Assembly: GCF_003334255.1 (NCBI RefSeq)
Contig: NZ_QOWU01000174.1
DNA from: Escherichia coli
Lineage (GTDB): Bacteria; Pseudomonadota; Gammaproteobacteria; Enterobacterales; Enterobacteriaceae
DNA: 1,103 bases
Strand: one strand, 5' to 3'
Under the pieces are notes generated by a model. It saw only the letters and a list, made by a program, of their open reading frames with translations. It had not been told where the DNA came from and made no database searches. This document shows positions 1 to 1,103 of the stretch, piece after piece. Positions within the stretch are counted from its first letter, which is position 1; every line of letters begins with the position of its first letter. Both the position numbers and the translations under genes were made by a program.

Positions 1-2
1 TG

Positions 3-27
3 GTAAGCGTACAGCCTGAACCGTCTG
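3..27 (+). repeat. Putative left terminal inverted repeat (IRL) of the IS66-family element; inner boundary approximate
   Basis: Begins GTAAGCGTACAGCCTGAACCGTCTG. IS66-family termini characteristically start 5'-GTAA. The matching right IR is outside the window, so the length cannot be confirmed. Confidence 0.5.
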
Positions 28-73
28 GTCAGAATCTGACGAATTAGACAAAGTGGTGTCCACCAAATAAGTA
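28..73 (+). promoter_or_regulatory. Leader / putative promoter-operator region upstream of tnpA
   Basis: Holds two short palindromes: GTCAG-aat-CTGAC at 28..40 and TGGTG-tc-CACCA at 54..65. CTGACG at 35..40 is a weak -35-like hexamer. I found no convincing -10 hexamer, so promoter placement is uncertain. Confidence 0.3.
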
Positions 74-475
74 GTGGGAACCAAAGTGTCAGATATGCAG
101 AAAAATGTGACTCCCGGCAGGCGAAAAGGCTGCCCTAATTATCCTCCCGAATTTAAACAGCAGCTCGTTGCTGCCTCCTGTGAACCCGGGATATCCATCT
201 CAAAACTTGCTCTTGAAAATGGCATTAACGCCAATCTGTTGTTCAAATGGCGACAACAATGGCGCGAGGGAAAGCTGCTATTACCTTCTTCAGAGAGCCC
301 CCAGCTACTTCCTGTGACTCTCGATGCAACTGCCGAACAGCCAGAATCGCTCGCAGAGGACCCGGAAACCCTCAGTATCAGCTGTGAGGTAACGTTCCGG
401 CACGGGACGCTCCGCTTCAATGGCAATGTCAGCGAAAAGCTCCTGACTCTGCTGATACAGGAACTGAAGCGATGA
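74..475 (+). CDS. tnpA: IS66-family OrfA/TnpA, small helix-turn-helix accessory protein (133 aa from the GTG at 74; true start may be GTG 86 or ATG 95)
   Basis: ORF 74..475 in frame 2. The segment ISKLALENGINANLLFKWRQQW looks like an HTH, and the C-terminus is leucine-rich (KLLTLLIQELKR). It is first in the operon and its TGA stop overlaps the tnpB ATG. GGGA at 77..80 lies 5 nt upstream of the in-frame GTG at 86, a plausible Shine-Dalgarno; the in-frame ATG at 95 is another candidate. Confidence 0.85.
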   Translation: MGTKVSDMQKNVTPGRRKGCPNYPPEFKQQLVAASCEPGISISKLALENGINANLLFKWRQQWREGKLLLPSSESPQLLPVTLDATAEQPESLAEDPETLSISCEVTFRHGTLRFNGNVSEKLLTLLIQELKR

Positions 476-819
476 TCCCGTTACCTTCCGGGACCAAAAT
501 TTGGCTGGTTGCCGGTATCACCGATATGAGAAATGGCTTCAACGGCCTGGCTGCGAAAGTACAGACGGCGCTGGAAGACGATCCCATGTCCGGCCATGTT
601 TTCATTTTCCGGGGCCGCAGCGGCAGTCAGGGTAAACTGCTGTGGTCCACCGGTGACGGGCTGTGCCTCCTGACCAAACGGCTGGAGCGTGGGCGCTTCG
701 CCTGGCCGTCAGCCCGTGATGGCAAAGTGTTCCTTACACAGGCGCAGCTGGCGATGCTGCTGGAAGGTATCGACTGGCGACAGCCTAAGCGGCTGCTGAC
801 CTCCCTGACCATGCTGTAA
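472..819 (+). CDS. tnpB: IS66-family OrfB/TnpB accessory protein (115 aa)
   Basis: ORF 472..819 in frame 1: MIPLPSGTKIWLVAGITDMRNGFNGLAAKV...RQPKRLLTSLTML. Size and sequence match my recollection of IS66 Orf2/TnpB. The ATG at 472 overlaps the tnpA TGA at 473..475. AGGA at 459..462 is a plausible RBS 9 nt upstream. Stop is TAA at 817..819. This protein is unrelated to the IS200/IS605 TnpB nuclease. Confidence 0.9.
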   Translation: MIPLPSGTKIWLVAGITDMRNGFNGLAAKVQTALEDDPMSGHVFIFRGRSGSQGKLLWSTGDGLCLLTKRLERGRFAWPSARDGKVFLTQAQLAMLLEGIDWRQPKRLLTSLTML

Positions 820-844
820 ATCTCTTTATCCTGGTTGTCACAGA

Positions 845-870
845 ATAAGCCCGGTAAAATACGGGCTTAT
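845..870 (+). promoter_or_regulatory. Perfect stem-loop (9-bp stem, 8-nt loop) overlapping the tnpC start codon
   Basis: ATAAGCCCG at 845..853 pairs with CGGGCTTAT at 862..870; the loop is GTAAAATA at 854..861. The 3' arm includes the A and T of the tnpC ATG (869..871) and the only SD-like GGG (863..865). No U-tract follows, so it is not a typical intrinsic terminator. Confidence 0.55.
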
Positions 871-1103
871 GAACGACATCTCTTCTGACGACATCCTCCT
901 GCTGAAACAGCGCCTGGCCGAACAGGAAGCGCTGATCCACGCCCTGCAGGAAAAGCTGAGCAACCGGGAGCGCGAAATAGACCATCTGCAGGCGCAGCTG
1001 GATAAACTCCGCCGGATGAACTTCGGCAGTCGTTCCGAAAAAGTCTCCCGCCGTATCGCACAAATGGAAGCCGATCTGAACCGGCTTCAGAAAGAGAGCG
1101 ATA
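869..1103 (+). CDS. tnpC: IS66-family transposase OrfC/TnpC, N-terminal fragment (5' partial; runs off the window)
   Basis: Open frame from ATG 869 to the window end with no stop: MNDISSDDILLLKQRLAEQEALIHALQEKLSNREREIDHLQAQLDKLRRMNFGSRSEKVSRRIAQMEADLNRLQKESD. Hydrophobic residues recur at 3-4 spacing (I9, L12, L16, I23, L26, L30, I37, L40, L44, L47), suggesting a coiled coil. It is absent from the ORF track only because it has no stop within the window. Confidence 0.85.
   Translation, partial: MNDISSDDILLLKQRLAEQEALIHALQEKLSNREREIDHLQAQLDKLRRMNFGSRSEKVSRRIAQMEADLNRLQKESD

Larger units (their letters stand above)
3..1103 (+). mobile_element. IS66-family insertion sequence, left end and 5' portion (partial; continues beyond the window's 3' end)
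   Basis: Terminus begins 5'-GTAAGCG at position 3, as expected for IS66-family ends. It is followed by three co-oriented ORFs in the canonical IS66 order and sizes: ~130-aa orfA, 115-aa orfB, then the start of a large orfC. The translated orfB and orfC N-terminus match my recollection of enterobacterial IS66-family (ISEc8-like) proteins; not verified by search. Confidence 0.85.

Noticed and set aside
139-426. Minus-strand ORF (95 aa) antisense to tnpA
   Set aside because: Lies entirely within the well-supported plus-strand tnpA; the protein is Ser/Cys/Gly-rich and low complexity with no recognisable start context. Typical shadow ORF.
627-812. Minus-strand ORF (61 aa) antisense to tnpB
   Set aside because: Fully inside tnpB on the opposite strand; Ser/Arg-rich and low complexity. 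Most likely an artefact of sense-strand codon composition.
845-880. Hairpin 845..870 as a rho-independent terminator between tnpB and tnpC
   Set aside because: The stem is followed by GAACGACATC, not a U-rich tract, and tnpC must be expressed downstream. A translational or RNA-stability role is more plausible.
738-1001. 13-bp exact direct repeat CAGGCGCAGCTGG at 738..750 and 989..1001
   Set aside because: Both copies are in coding sequence and encode Q-A-Q-L (tnpB TQAQLAML, tnpC LQAQLDKL). Most simply explained by common codon usage for a short shared peptide, not a functional DNA repeat.
785-1063. Two overlapping minus-strand ORFs (92 aa at 785..1063 and 64 aa at 867..1061) antisense to the tnpB end and tnpC start
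   Set aside because: Both overlap the plus-strand tnpC N-terminus, which has a clear coiled-coil pattern and fits the IS66 operon. They also overlap each other in different frames, as expected for spurious ORFs in GC-rich coding antisense.
1-1103. Possibility that the window encodes a novel defence or otherwise undescribed system
   Set aside because: All three ORFs and the terminus fit a standard IS66-family element. No CRISPR repeats, toxin-antitoxin pairs, tRNA genes or unexplained coding capacity are visible; the only non-coding stretches are the ~70-bp leader and the 49-bp tnpB-tnpC spacer.

Overview
This window is the left (5') end of an IS66-family insertion sequence of the enterobacterial type, not a novel system. 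From the sequence itself: a terminus starting 5'-GTAAGCG at position 3, a ~70-bp leader with two short palindromes, then three same-strand genes in the canonical IS66 order. These are a small HTH protein (tnpA/orfA, 74..475), a 115-aa accessory protein (tnpB/orfB, 472..819) whose start overlaps the tnpA stop in an ATGA motif, and the N-terminus of the large transposase (tnpC/orfC, from 869, running off the window's 3' end). A perfect 9-bp stem hairpin (845..870) sits between tnpB and tnpC and covers the first two bases of the tnpC start codon. Family assignment rests on gene order, sizes and my recollection of IS66-family protein sequences (ISEc8-like); I could not run any database search. The four minus-strand ORFs in the track look like shadow ORFs of the sense genes. 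The right end of the element, any target-site duplication and the transposase catalytic domain lie outside the window.
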